Positions 38,285-50,779 of a stretch of 64,000 nucleotides of DNA are shown here, piece by piece (the first letter of the stretch is position 1; each line of letters opens with the position of its first letter). The stretch is from Diplonema japonicum (lineage: Eukaryota; Protista; Euglenozoa: Diplonemea), in contig OZ025677.1 of assembly GCA_964019335.1 (NCBI GenBank), positions 248,001-312,000 of the forward strand, in the 5' to 3' direction. The notes beneath the pieces are model-generated. The model saw only the letters and a program-made list of their open reading frames with translations, searched no databases and was not told the origin of the DNA. The position numbers were made by a program, and so were the translations under genes.

Positions 38285-39834
38285 GGCATCGTTTCAAACC
38301 CCCCCCCCCAAAAAATGAGGCCAATTGACACTTTCAATATTTCTCTAAGTACTTTTTCCCAAAGAAAAAAAATTCTACAACTTTCCCGGCCCAGGTTAGG
38401 AAAGAAAACACCCCAGAAAATGGGAAAGTGAGTGTTACTACCCAGAAAATTCAGTCCTAGGGGCAAAAATGGGTTTTTTCACTTTGCACAAATTCAGTAA
38501 AAGAGGGGGGTGACAAAAATGGATGCTTTTAAACTTGCTGTTGAGAAGCTAGGGGTAAAAAAAAATGGTATTCGGACCGAGAAAGGGTAAATGGGAACAC
38601 CACGGCGATCAGGACACTCGCCACAGAGGTTTTTGAGAAGCTCAGTGGCAACGACTGTGCTGCACTAGTTTGTGAAGTGGTGTGTAAAAGGGAACTTCTA
38701 GCGGCACTTCTGCTATCATTTTCTGGTTGATTTAGTAGCCAACAAGACACCACACGGCGCCAATTGGTCAGAGGCATGAGGCTTGACCACATCACACATG
38801 ATGAAATAAGGGCAGCTGGCCTTACTGTTGGAAAAGTCTTGTTCCACAGTAGCATGGGCACAGGAAAAAATAAAGAAAAAAATGGAGTGGATACTCTGGA
38901 CTGACGGTGGGCGTCACTTTCGTGCAAAAGAATTTTGCTACTTTGTTCTTTTTGGTCTTCGTTATGTATATCCCGATCGGACGTTTTCCCTGTGGTTTCT
39001 GGGGGAGAAACACGGCAAAAACAACAGGGACAGCCACTTTGGTGTGCTCTCTCGTGTTTGGCTTTGGGTGCCTCGTTCCACAACAATTAAAACTGTGGAA
39101 CAAACAGCTAACATCACCAATACGATACGGTGCGCCGTGCATAAAAGAAAATTCTTGAGTTTCCGGATTTTACAGGTGCATATGAGCTCAGGAGCACACC
39201 GGAGGGTGTTTTGCTACGTGCGCGTCCACGAGCTAGAAAGAACTAAAGTACATCATCAAAGAACTCGCTGCAGACAGGGCAGAGAAAAGGCCCCCAGTCT
39301 ATGAATCTTGTGATGAGTATGAGGACGTTCCTGATAGCCTTCCCGGACTTGAAAAACGAGAAAGAATAGTAACCAAATTACAAAAATACTCGCCACCCCA
39401 TGACAAGCCCAAAGCACCAAGTACACCTACGAATGAGTCTTAAAACCCCCCCAAAATGCGGTAGAAGGCCTATAGTATGAAAAAGAAACGAGGTCGCCCA
39501 CTCAGCAGCAGCACATCTCAGCCGCAGAAGACCAGGAAATGAAGGTTTCCACTTCCAACATCATTTCAACCACTTTCTAGCAGTGAGTTCCGCTATTTCT
39601 TGCTATTGAAAGCATACTCTCTGACTTTACCAAAACCACTAAAACCCGATTTTTTCCCTAATACTGAATTTTTCATAGGTTAAAATAGCACCCTTGAGCG
39701 ATTTCTGACCCGGGTTCTTTCCTAATATGGGCCGGGAAATATGGAGAATTTTTTTTAAAGGGGGCGGCATGCCCAAAGATGCAACGAAAGTGTCAATTGG
39801 CCTCATTTTGGGGGGGGTTTTTTGAAATCGACCC
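38285..39834 (+). mobile_element. Decayed Sola2-like DNA transposon
   Basis: ~50-bp imperfect TIRs (…AAATGAGGCCAATTGACACTTTC) with ATAT on both sides. Internal ORF remnant WTDGGRHF…WFLGEKHGKNNRDSHFG resembles the Sola2 DDD motifs SDG…HGK..DG. Confidence 0.7.
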
Positions 39835-39875
<41 letters not shown>

Positions 39876-40059
39876 CTGTAAATCTCTTAATTTTGCCCGG
39901 AAAAAAAGAGCCCCGGAAAGATTGTGCCCCTTTTTTTGTTGCTACTTTTCCTGCTGGATGACCCGTCAGACTCGGTGCAGAGTATCGACAAATCGTGATC
40001 ATAGGGCAGACAATGGGCCAGTCTCACCGTAGGCATCAGTCCTTGAAAAAGTGAGGCCT

Positions 40060-40092
<33 letters not shown>

Positions 40093-40102
40093 AGATTTAC
40101 AG
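39876..40102. mobile_element. TA-flanked micro-MITE (CTGTAAA…TTTACAG)
   Basis: TA-CTGTAAATCTC … GAGATTTACAG-TA. Confidence 0.6.
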
Positions 40103-41625
40103 TAGCAGTACTGTGTATTATGTCATCTTCCCTTCTTGGAATGGTATTGATGTTGAAGGAAAAGATTTAAAAAAGAACCCCCCCCCCCTTCACTGCTCAC
40201 TCTGGTTTCAACTTTTTAATTCACACCTCCCCCCCCCCCCCCTTTTTCGATACGGAGTGGTCACACCGTACTGTCCCATGATCGGCATGATCGGCATGGT
40301 TGACTTGATGGGCTGCTTGCGTGAGAGGAAAACAGCCTTTGGGCGTTCTAACCTGATGCAGCGACGAATGTGACTGTAGTGTGGTCTTTCTACCAAAAGA
40401 ACCAAATCCCACCCACCCACCCTATTCCCTCGGTTACTATTGACCGGTGTCCTCCAATTTCTTTTTGTATTTTTTATTACTTGATTTGGCTTTAAGAAAG
40501 AAACAAAAAAGTGTCTGCTGGACACTGTCGTAAGGGTCATTCAAAGACCCTGTAGGCACTACCGCGTACAAGGGTTTCTGTTGGATAGTTTGGGGGCGGC
40601 GGCTATGTTGGCAGAGAAACGCGTTTCCAAACTTTTTTTTTTTTCAGGCGTCCTGCCACATACCGCAGGTACCCTTAAATGTCTCTCTTTTTTTTTTTTT
40701 GAAAATATGGAAACGGAAACGTTTCCTTAAGAAGGGAACACGTTTTCCTGAGAAAGAAACGCGTTTCCCTAATATATCTGAAAAAAAATAGGGAAACAAC
40801 ATCGGAAACGTCTCCCGTTTCACCAACATAACCCTAGGTGGGAGTTGACCGAGGATGGTGGGGGGAAAAAAAAAGAAATGACACCACATTAAGAAGTCTC
40901 TTAAATCTTTTTTTAACCCCTTTTAACCCCCCTTTTTTTTTTCCGTTTAACAATATTATAGTCGAGACTAAAAGCTAGTTGATGCGCACAAGCAGGAAAA
41001 AAAAAAAAAAAAAAAAAAAAAAAGCAATCTCGTCAGCAGGAGCCGTGACAATACCAAGATGACATCTTTGTAGCCGTCCCGTGAATCGACTTCCATGGCG
41101 AACAGGGAACTTCTTCTTCTTCTTTTTTTAAAGAAGATTTTCAGCCTTTCCCCTCATTGCTTTTTTTTGCGTTTTTAACCGATTTTGAGTGCGGCCTTAT
41201 TTATCCCTCCACCCCACCCACCCCCCTTCTTTGAACACTCCTAGGTTGTGGTGCTTCATCGCTGGACCTCTACTATCAGCAGGACTAATCACCGCAGCAG
41301 TTTGTATCTACTTGCATCCAATCATCACTTTTTTTTTTCTTGAACTCCCAACTATGTAGTTAGCTGGGAAAATGAAATGCGACCACACTCTGCTAGTGCT
41401 TCCTTCCTCTTCTTCTCTTCCTTCCTTCTGCACAGTTGTGAGGCCGTGTTGAAAACAAAGGTAATCCTTTAGTTCTCCATTCTTCTTCTTTTTTTTGTTC
41501 TTCGACGTGGGTTGTTCGAGGACTGGGGGAAGAAACCATTATTCACATTCCGCATTCTTTTCTTGTTCTTTTGCCAACCACTTTGACAGATAACCACTTT
41601 GAAAAAGTATAAAAAAAAGTAAATA

Positions 41626-43271
41626 ATGCACCTATCACACACTGTGGGTGTCATCATCACAGCCATAACGTGCTTTATCCTCAGCACGTGGGGGAGTAAG
41701 CCCTACGAATCCCGCTCGGCTCACATTGTCCGAGAGCTCGATTCGTTGGCCAGGACACTAGACCTCACACAGTCCGAGCTCATGGAACACCGCCCCACAA
41801 CAAGGAAGGTCATCAGGGAGAGTGACTTGTTTCCTTCTCAGACAGGGGACACACTCAAGCTTGAGAACTCTGCTTCAGTAATTAAGAAGAAAGGGCCTTG
41901 GTATGCATTATTTACACATGCACATTTAATAGGTTCTTGGGGACATGCACCGGCACCAAGAACAGCGGCGCCTGGATGCGCGAGTGGATCGAACTCCAAA
42001 TCGCCGTCGGCGTGGACCACGTGTGGGTCGCAGATGACAACCCTGCCAACAGCACCGACATCACCACCAACGTTCTGAAGCACTACGAGAAGCTTGGCTA
42101 CGTCACCATCATCCCTCCACCAGGCCTCACCCATCCTGGGTGCGAGCAGATCTCCGGCCCTGATGGTAGACACAACTGTGCCCCTGTGAAGCACTGCTTC
42201 GAGCATGCCTCACCCCATGTGAAGTGGCTCCTCTTCGCTGACTCAGACGAGTTCATCTTCCCCCACAACGGCTGCTCGGTTGCCGAGCATATCAAGAACC
42301 ACTGCAACCCTGATGCCACACACATCTATGTGAAGTGGGAGAGGTTCGGGTCCAGCGGCTTCGAGACCCACCCCAATGGCCTGATGCTTGAGAACTTCCT
42401 GTCTTCTGGGGGCACCTGCCACAATGTAGGAAACGGTGTTTGCGCAAGGAGGCCCTTCGACAACTGCCCTGAGTGCAGGCACTCGAAGGTGATCTACAAC
42501 ACGGAGTGTGCGAAGGTGGAACATGCTGGTTTCATCCACTGGCCTGTGAACACCACCGACTGGAAGGCGGGAACCCTACCTGAGTACAGGAAACGAGAGT
42601 GGGTGAAGTCTGAAGGAACCAGTGCTCACTGGAAACAGGACAAATGCAAGTACACAGGGTTGAGGGAGGACGCAGCCAAGTGCAACTTCTGGGCGAAGTT
42701 TGGTGGTGGGTCGAAGAGGCCGAAGGAGTACACACCCGACTGCTGCACGGCAGGGATAGGGTACAACCATTACGGGACGCAGTCGAGGCAGTACTATGAG
42801 AGGAAACAAACGAACAAGAAGGACAGCTTGAGGGGTTGGAGGACGCAGTTCTGGGGTCTTGATCTTAATGAGGTGCTGTCATTTTCGGCGTTGAAGTTCG
42901 TGAGGGCACTCAGAAAGAGGTTCACTGGGCTGGGGGCACAGGTGTCAGAGAACGTGGCCTTCGTGGATGCTGGTGAAGGAAGGTCGTGTTTTGTGGAAAC
43001 GAACTTTGCGTACAAGGCAGTGGAGCAGACGAAGGAGGTGCAGTTCGGCAGGGTTCGCAGCAATGCTGAATGCTGTGCCGCCTGCTTCAAGACTCAGATG
43101 TGCAAGGCCTTCAATGTTGCGAACCAGCAATGCAAGCTCTTCATCGGTGCACTCACGACACCTAGGACCCGTGTGGTGAGCGACTTCGCATACATGTTGG
43201 ACGCCACACGCAGTAGAGCCCACGGCACAATGGCAGGCATACCTCTGCAGAGCGGGGAGTGTGGGGCCTGA
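41626..43271 (+). CDS. GT-PAN paralog 11 (exons 41626-41900, 41933-43271)
   Basis: Intron 41901-41932 (32 nt). Confidence 0.85.
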
Positions 43272-44114
43272 TCTATTTGTTTTCTCTTTTTTTTTTTATA
43301 CCCCTTTCTTTTTAATCATTCTACCATTTCACGGGCAGGTTCAGCACCTTTTTTATCATTTTAAGTCAGTAGGTTCAGATAGTTCCTTCGTTTTGTGGTT
43401 TTCACGTTCATTATTCGAGAAAAGAAGAGACATCTGAAAGGCTGACGTTGATTCCGAGTGCAGAATGCCGAGCAATCAAATCTTATTTTCCCCCTCAACG
43501 CCAAGATGCGAGACTAGCATCACCGGGCATGCAAGAAATAATTCCTCTCATGCTCACTCCTTTTTTAAGTTATGTTTATTTCCCTCGGAAGGCGAAATAA
43601 ACAATATTTGAATAAAAAAGACGAAAAAGAAAATAGGATAAAATACAAAATAAAAATAGAATCGGTTGATTGTTGTTTGCAACCGGGATTACAACCTGTA
43701 GAGGGGATAAGCCCACAAACAAATCAAAAAAGCAATCAAGGCGAAAGAAGAAAAAAAAAAAAAAAAAAAAAAAAAAGGTGTAATAATAAAAAGAAAAAAT
43801 CTCTCGTAGATCTCCGGACACCTCGGAAAATCAAAAACTTTTTTTTTACCTCAGGTTTTTTTTTTTGATCTTTTTTCTTTTTTTTTTTTGTGGCCTTCGA
43901 TCAGGGAAAAACACTGATGCATCAGTAAGATAACGCCACCCCCCCACCTCCCCCACCCCTTTATTTTATCAACACTTCTCTCCTACTTCGTTTTAAGGAC
44001 AGAGCGCTTTGCTAAAAAAATGTTCTATCTTGGTGTAGAGCGGGGTAACCCACCCTGTTTTTCTTATGAATACCCCCTTATGGTTTGGTTCGTTTCTGTA
44101 TTTTATTGAGGGAA

Positions 44115-44148
<34 letters not shown>

Positions 44149-44293
44149 ATCCCAGCTGTGCATAGCAGCCGGCCCTCTCTGTTCTTTGATACCAGGAAGT
44201 CTGCAGGAAGTAGAGGTGCCGCAGGATAACATCTCCAGAATACTCCGCTTTTTCCTCTCTCTCTCCTAGGTACTAGTAGGGTGAGCGACATCA

Positions 44294-44297
<4 letters not shown>

Positions 44298-44325
<28 letters not shown>
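44298..44325. repeat. (CA)n microsatellite
   Basis: Direct reading. Confidence 0.9.
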
Positions 44326-45222
44326 CAAATTTTCTCTCTGATCTCGCCCTCATGTGCTCCCCGCCTTGATCTTTGTATTGCGCCTCACATCTCTAAACCC
44401 GTCAAGCAAAGTCCGGAATGTTCAACCAACCGGAGTTTCGAAAAAGAATTCAAAAGTCGGCCGAGAAAACTTTCAGAAAAATCTGATTGGATTGATATTA
44501 AAAATAGCAATTTTCCTCATCGCAAATCACTAAATGCACAAGCAAAAACATGTCCGGAAAAGTACCCCCTTTTTTTTAATACAATGTCAAGTGACGCAAT
44601 TGGACACTGACAATGATTTCCCCTTTTGTCTCTTCTCTTATATCTTCTTCTTTTCTTTTTCTTTTTTCTAAGGGCCTATGGTTCTTCTATTGTTTTGTCA
44701 GTGCAAATGCGGAGACCGTGGTCAGGAGAATATTCCACCCTGCTAGCCTACTAGTAGGAACCTTTGAAGGGTGCCTCTCCCTGGAGAGGCCGGCACCTGG
44801 AGGGGCCGTGAGATAAGTTCGAATCTAATATCTCATATCCCTCCCCTGCTTCTAGGGCCTGCGGCTCTCACGCACATGTGACATGTGACATCGACTTCTC
44901 TCTCTGATCCACTGCTCCCTGCTTTCCTTGTGACTTGATATGAGTCTAAAAAAAAAAAAAAAAAAAAGAAAAAGAGATGAGAATTCCTTTTTTTCTTCCT
45001 TTTTATTTTTTTCCCGAAAATAAAGAGAGAACTTTCGTCACGAAATGTATCTTTTTTTCCCCCCTTTTTTCCACCCCCCCCCCTTTTTCGCTTTGCTTTC
45101 ATTCTCTCTCTCTCTCTGGTTTTAACAACTCGACCCCCCGTCGTTATTTCCCTCAGTTTCTTTTTGTTTTCCCCTTTTTCTTTCTCTTTTTCTTTTTCTG
45201 TACCTCAGCACTGCAGCTGCAA

Positions 45223-45972
45223 ATGAACGCCTCGAACGCCAGCGGCATCTTCCTTGCTGCCTTGATCTGCCTTCTGAGCTCCTGGGTCACACACCGACAC
45301 CACGACTGTGTACTCGAAGAACTGGAACAGCTTCCTTTACCTGACGAGAAGCAAAAGGAGGGCCCACGGCAAGGACGAAGAAGAGCCACGTGAATAACAT
45401 CAGAAAACGACTTGGGTCTTGACGTGAGCCAGAACTTCGAGAACTCTAACAAAGCGATGAAAACAAAGGCCCATGGTATGCCACATGTACATCTACAGCA
45501 CACAAACAGGTTCCTCGGGACATGCACCGGCACCAAGAGCAGCGGCGTCTGGATGCGCGAATGTCCAAATTGCCGTCGGCGTGGACCACGTGTGGGTCGC
45601 AGATGACAACCCTGCCAACAGCACCGACATCACGACAGGAGTTCTGAAGCACTACGAGCGCCTTGGCTACGTCACCATCGTTCCCCCTCCCAAGCTCACC
45701 CGTGCTTTGTGGAGAAGCACTTCGTGTACAGGCCGACCGAGAACTCTGTGATGCTGCCAAGCAACGTCTGCGAAGGCCTGCTGTGCGGAGTGCCACAGAA
45801 CAAGAATGTGCAAAGCATTCACTTTTGCTTCTAAACTTGTGAGCCTATCATTGGGGGGACAAGGATACCCAGGACACCTATTAAGCACAACACGTACCAG
45901 ATACACGCAAGCAGAAAGTGGTCCCTCCGCCAGTTGTCCGGCATCCTGCTGAAGGAGGGCGAGGCTGCATGA
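45223..45972 (+). pseudogene. GT-PAN paralog 12, pseudogene
   Basis: Stop at 45391. Intron 45476-45509 (34 nt) is nearly identical to the paralog 8 intron. Small deletion at REW. A large deletion at ~45700 fuses PPKLT to the CFVE (PAN) block. Confidence 0.88.
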
Positions 45973-46111
45973 GGGGCGGAAAGATGTTTCGAGTTCCTCT
46001 TTTTCTTTCCTATTCTGCGGTAAGGTTTTTTTCTTCCTATTTTGACAGCCTGAAGATGACGGTGAGCGGGTCTTGGTTCTATTTTTTTGCTTTTGTTTTT
46101 TTTAAAGGTGG

Positions 46112-46432
46112 TGGGGATAACATGGAAATATAAGAAGTACATCAGATGTGTTGTTCGCTGTTGACCTCCTCGTCGGTCATCACCGGTAGCGCCCGAGTGG
46201 AACAACGTAACGCAGATGCTCAGGGTGACGAACAAGCAGCAAACTGCACGAGCGTCGAATCTTGGTTACCCGGGACGCCCCGGCTAGGGTTGAGCACACC
46301 GCACGCATTAAGGACACGACGCGGAACGCAGAAGAAGCTACTGCTCGGCCGAGGAGCGCCCCCTGTAATCAAGTAGGTAGTTCGTGCTTCGTTGCACGCT
46401 TAACGCCACCTAGTGTTGCAATCAAAGCCCCA
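46112..46432 (+). repeat. Dispersed repeat, most complete copy e
   Basis: ggggataacatggaaat…gttgcaatcaaagcccc. Confidence 0.85.
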
Positions 46433-46807
46433 TTTTTTTTCTCTTCTCTCCCGTCTTCCTTGGGCAAGCTCTCATACTATAGAAGCATTCTGTATGACCT
46501 TTTTGTTTTTGTTTGTTTTTCTTCAGTATGCACTGCTGGTAGTGACAATGCAAACTGAGCTTCCCCCTCCTTTTCTTTGTTAATTCCTATCTTTCTGGTT
46601 CATGTTGCTTTAGTTAGCTCGTTCCTGGCTGCTCCGTGAGAAGGTGGATGCTGCGATGGTGGAACACAATATACCTCGGTCGTTGGTCCTTAATTGTGAC
46701 CACCGGTATTGCCCCCCCTATTTTAAGCCGAATTTCTTCTAGTAAAAATAGACCATTGTGCGAGTGAAGAAAATGACGAATAGCAAAACCTACCAAATAT
46801 CACCTTA

Positions 46808-46854
46808 CTGTAAATCTCTTAATTCTGTCCGGGACAGAATCAAAAGATGTACAG
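46808..46854. mobile_element. 47-bp TA-flanked hairpin micro-MITE
   Basis: TA-CTGTAAATCTCTTAATTCTGTCC-GGGACAGAATCAAAAGATGTACAG-TA. Confidence 0.55.
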
Positions 46855-47020
46855 TATTTGTCCTATTGCTCCCTCGTTGATTCCTCTCTAAAATTTACAG
46901 TGCCTTGTTGTTATATGAGGACACCACTCCCTGCTGGTTTCTACCAAGTGGAATTACTTCTTCTTTTCCTTATCTCTTCTATGCCTACCCCACCAACAGG
47001 ACACGAAGTGCTCACTCACC

Positions 47021-48595
47021 ATGTCCAGCCTCCTGCGCATAGGGAGCATTCTGTGCTTGACTGCGCTGTGCATATGGCTCTCCGTGAGGGGTGGTAGGAA
47101 GGACACGCCGGAAGGGAAGACCACCACCAGTGCGGAGGCCATTGGCACACCTCCCAAACGCACCAGTAAGACTGTCGCTGAGGATGACCTGCTACTGGCT
47201 GCTGAAGGAGACTTTGTGAGCCTTGAAAACACTCAATCAATGATTAAAAGAAAGGGCCCCTGGTTCCTCGGGACATGCACCGGCACCAAGAGCAGCGGCG
47301 CCTGGATGCGCGAGTGGATCGAACTCCAAATTGCCGTCGGCGTGGACCACGTGTGGGTCGCAGATGACAACCCTGCCAACAGCTCCGACATCACGACAGG
47401 AGTTCTGAAGCACTACGAGCGCCTTGGCTACGTCACCATCATCCCCCCTCCCAAGCTCACGCATCCTGGATGCAAGCAGATTTCTGGCCCCGATGGCAGA
47501 CACAACTGTGCCCCTGTGAAGCACTGCTTCGAGCATGCCTCACCTCATGTGAAGTGGCTCCTCTTCGCCGACACCGACGAGTTCATCTTCCCCCACAACG
47601 GCTGCTCTCTGAAGGAGCACATCAAGAACCACTGCAACCCTGATGCCACACACATCTATGTTAGGTGGGAGAGGTTCGGGACAAGTCACTTCGAGACCCA
47701 CCCCAATGGTCTGATGACTGAGAACTTCCTCAGCTCAGGGGGGATTTGCGAGACGCACCGTGGGTGCGGAAAGAAGCCGTTCCACAACTGCCCTGAGTGC
47801 AGGCACTCGAAGGTGATCTACAACACGGAGTGTGCGAAGGTGGAACATGCTGGTTTCATCCACTGGCCTGTGAACACCACCGACTGGAAGGCGGGAACCC
47901 TACCTGAGTACAGGAAACGAGAGTGGGTGAAGTCAAACGGGACAGAGGCTCATTGGAAGAAAGCAACATGCAACTATGCTGGCCTGGCTGAGGACAGCGA
48001 ACAGTGCAATGATTGGGCGATGAAAGGGGGCGGGTCGAAGAGGCCGAGGGAGTACACACCCGACTGCTGCACGGGGGGTATTGGGTACAACCATTACGGG
48101 ACGCAGTCGAGGCAGTACTATGAGAGGAAGCAGATGAATAAAGGTGAGAACATGAGGGGTTGGCGAACATTTCTGGGGGGCCTTGATCTGAATGACGTGC
48201 TGTCGTTCTCAGTTCTGAAGTTCGTGAGGGCTGTGCGGAAGAGGTTCATCGGGATGGGGGCACAGGTGTCGGACAATGTGGACTTCATTGACCTGCCTGG
48301 TGGGAAGTCGTGCTTTGTGGAAACGAACTTCGCGTATTCTGCCACCTCATCAACAGTGGCACTCCTGAAGATTAGTGTACCGAACGCACAGGCGTGCTGT
48401 GATGAGTGCCATGTCACCCCCATGTGCAAGGCTTTTACTTACTCACGAGGGACATCATGCAACCTTCTCATTGGATCGAAGACTATACCACATACTGAAC
48501 TCAGGGACAACCCCTACCAGCTGCACGCAAGGAGGTCATGGGAGATCAACCGTGTGTCGGGCATCCCGCTGAAAGATGATGAATGTGTTGGATGA
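47021..48595 (+). CDS. GT-PAN paralog 13, intronless
   Basis: 524-aa ORF with continuous KGPWFLG junction. Confidence 0.9.
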   Translation: MSSLLRIGSILCLTALCIWLSVRGGRKDTPEGKTTTSAEAIGTPPKRTSKTVAEDDLLLAAEGDFVSLENTQSMIKRKGPWFLGTCTGTKSSGAWMREWIELQIAVGVDHVWVADDNPANSSDITTGVLKHYERLGYVTIIPPPKLTHPGCKQISGPDGRHNCAPVKHCFEHASPHVKWLLFADTDEFIFPHNGCSLKEHIKNHCNPDATHIYVRWERFGTSHFETHPNGLMTENFLSSGGICETHRGCGKKPFHNCPECRHSKVIYNTECAKVEHAGFIHWPVNTTDWKAGTLPEYRKREWVKSNGTEAHWKKATCNYAGLAEDSEQCNDWAMKGGGSKRPREYTPDCCTGGIGYNHYGTQSRQYYERKQMNKGENMRGWRTFLGGLDLNDVLSFSVLKFVRAVRKRFIGMGAQVSDNVDFIDLPGGKSCFVETNFAYSATSSTVALLKISVPNAQACCDECHVTPMCKAFTYSRGTSCNLLIGSKTIPHTELRDNPYQLHARRSWEINRVSGIPLKDDECVG

Positions 48596-48630
48596 AAATG
48601 GAATCTTGCTCTCTCCTTCGTCTTGGTTAT

Positions 48631-48679
<49 letters not shown>

Positions 48680-49060
48680 TCAACAACCGAAAAGCAGTAA
48701 ATTTGTGAACTTTCTTCAGTTGCAGAATCTTTTCATGCGTTTTAAGCTGGAAAGAGTAGCCGCATATTTAACCCATTTAGTTGTTATTTAAATGAGAGGG
48801 GGAAAAAAAAAAAGTGGAGTTTAACCTTTTGCACGGCGCTGTTTTCATCTTTTTAATAGCGAGGGGGACCAATTTTCAATTTTTTTTCTTATCCCCCTTC
48901 CCCTTTTTTTTTTAAATGTCTCTTTTTTTTTTTTTTTTTTTGTACTGTAAAAATAGAATACAAAAATTCAACAAAAAAAAAGAAGTCATGGGAGAATGTA
49001 TGGCAATTTACATAGACATACGTGCTGATTGAACGAAAAAAGAAAGAAAAAAATATATAT

Positions 49061-50047
49061 GAGCTCGTCCGGACGAAAATGTCAACACTTTTTTGGGCAC
49101 CTCCGAAAATTTCTTATTTTGATTATTTGAGCAAAAAAAGGGCAGCATGCAACCATAGGAAGATGACATATATGGTGTACATGACGCCGTTCTTTCAATT
49201 GCGATGCTTGTTTTGCCATGAGGGCGGCAGGCTTGCAACCGGCTGCCCCCAAGCGAAAAATAGAGGTCAAAAAAACGGCGAAAAATGTTTAAAATGCAAT
49301 TTTATTGCTTAAAATGCAGCATCTAGGGTGCATAAAATTGGTGTTCAAGCGCACTTGTGACCCCTGGGTACAACCCAGGGTCGGGTTACTGTTAAAAGTA
49401 CTTAGCGAAAAATATATGGCGCCGCATAGCCCCCGAAAATCCGGTTTTACACCCTATTTTTTGGCTTTTTCAAGGGGTTCCTAAGGGATTTTGGCCTTTT
49501 TCAGAAAAACCAATTCTTAACACTTGCCTGCTCATACAAAACTCCTACATTCGGTATCTTTGGGGTCAAACTTTCATTCTCTACCCATCTGCTGAGGTTT
49601 TTCCTTTTCTTTTTTTTGCACTCATAATACTTTAAAAGTGAAAATTCTACCTAAATGGCACTTTAAGGGTAAGTTCTCCCCACCCCATTTTAATAGTGAT
49701 TTAGAGTCCAGCCCACCCAAAATGACCCCAAAGGTTTCACAGATTTTCAATCTGCGTCCATTCCTCCTGTCGCTTTTCACGGAAAAACGAAAATAAAAAA
49801 TGGAGTCTGGGTTATTTGTAACTTCCAAATTGAATCGTTTGCCAAAAACCATTCTAAAAAACATGTTTTTGCACGTGCGTTTTAAAAAATAAAACAAACG
49901 GCGAGCATTTTGACCTATATGGTGTTCAAGCTTAGACTGCATTTCTGCACACAAAGTGGTGTCGGACTACTTTTTTCTTAGAAATTTAACGGGGGTTTTA
50001 CGCCGCATAGGAGGGTCATTTGTTGACATTTTCTTCCGGACGAGCTC
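49061..50047. mobile_element. Non-autonomous Sola-like MITE, copy B
   Basis: ATAT-GAGCTCGTCCGGACGAAAATGTCAACA … TGTTGACATTTTCTTCCGGACGAGCTC-ATAT: 4-bp TSD and GAG termini. Confidence 0.8.
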
Positions 50048-50236
50048 ATATTTATATATATACAGCTCACTGTTGTGAGCATATTTGTGGCATCATGTTC
50101 TTCAACCTTAGCACCGCACACCGGACTGCCGGCGCCCTGTGGACCTGTGAGTTGTGCCGTTTGTAATCTTTTTTTTTTTACTTTTTACAGTGCACCCTTT
50201 TTTATCAAATTTCTTACCCCTTTTTTTTTCAAAAGG

Positions 50237-50275
<39 letters not shown>

Positions 50276-50664
50276 AGAGAATAATAACTACGTATTTTGC
50301 AAAATGGATTTTGGCGAGATGGGATTTTTGAAAACAGTTGCTTCATCCCTCGCGTGGTATTTTGCATCACCAAGCAAAACACCTTTCATGGTAACCTTCA
50401 GGCGAAACAGTAGCCTACATTCGACAGAAGAAAAAAAAAAAAAAAAAAAAAGAGATCACGCACAGAACCTTGGAAGCACCAATACAGGCTTTCTAAGATA
50501 GTTCTAGTTGCAAATCTTATCAATCCTCTTTGCGACACTCTTTTCTCCTTTCAGATTGCATTGCAATAAGATACTTCTTTTATCATCCTTGATTCTTGCT
50601 AACACTTTCTTTAGAGCATATCTTGTAAATCTCTTTTGCCAAAAAAAAAAAGAAAAAATAGCTA

Positions 50665-50769
50665 CTGTAAAACAAAAATCACCGGAAGATAAAATGTCCG
50701 GAAGAAAAAAATATCCGGATGTTTCGGCGGTCCGGATATTTTGTCTTCCGGTGGATTTTTGTTTTACAG
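50665..50769. mobile_element. TA-flanked foldback micro-MITE
   Basis: TA-CTGTAAAACAAAAATCACCGGAAGA … TCTTCCGGTGGATTTTTGTTTTACAG-TA. Confidence 0.7.
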
Positions 50770-50779
50770 TATTTATTAA

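Noticed and set aside
40614-40820. Cluster of GAAACGCGTTTC-like palindromes (also ~57609)
   Set aside because: Probably a decayed repeat; no boundaries or function can be supported from the sequence.
46112-46432. tRNA, SL RNA or snoRNA identity for the dispersed repeat
   Set aside because: I could not find a cloverleaf, a spliced-leader exon or convincing box motifs by eye, so it is left as an unclassified repeat.
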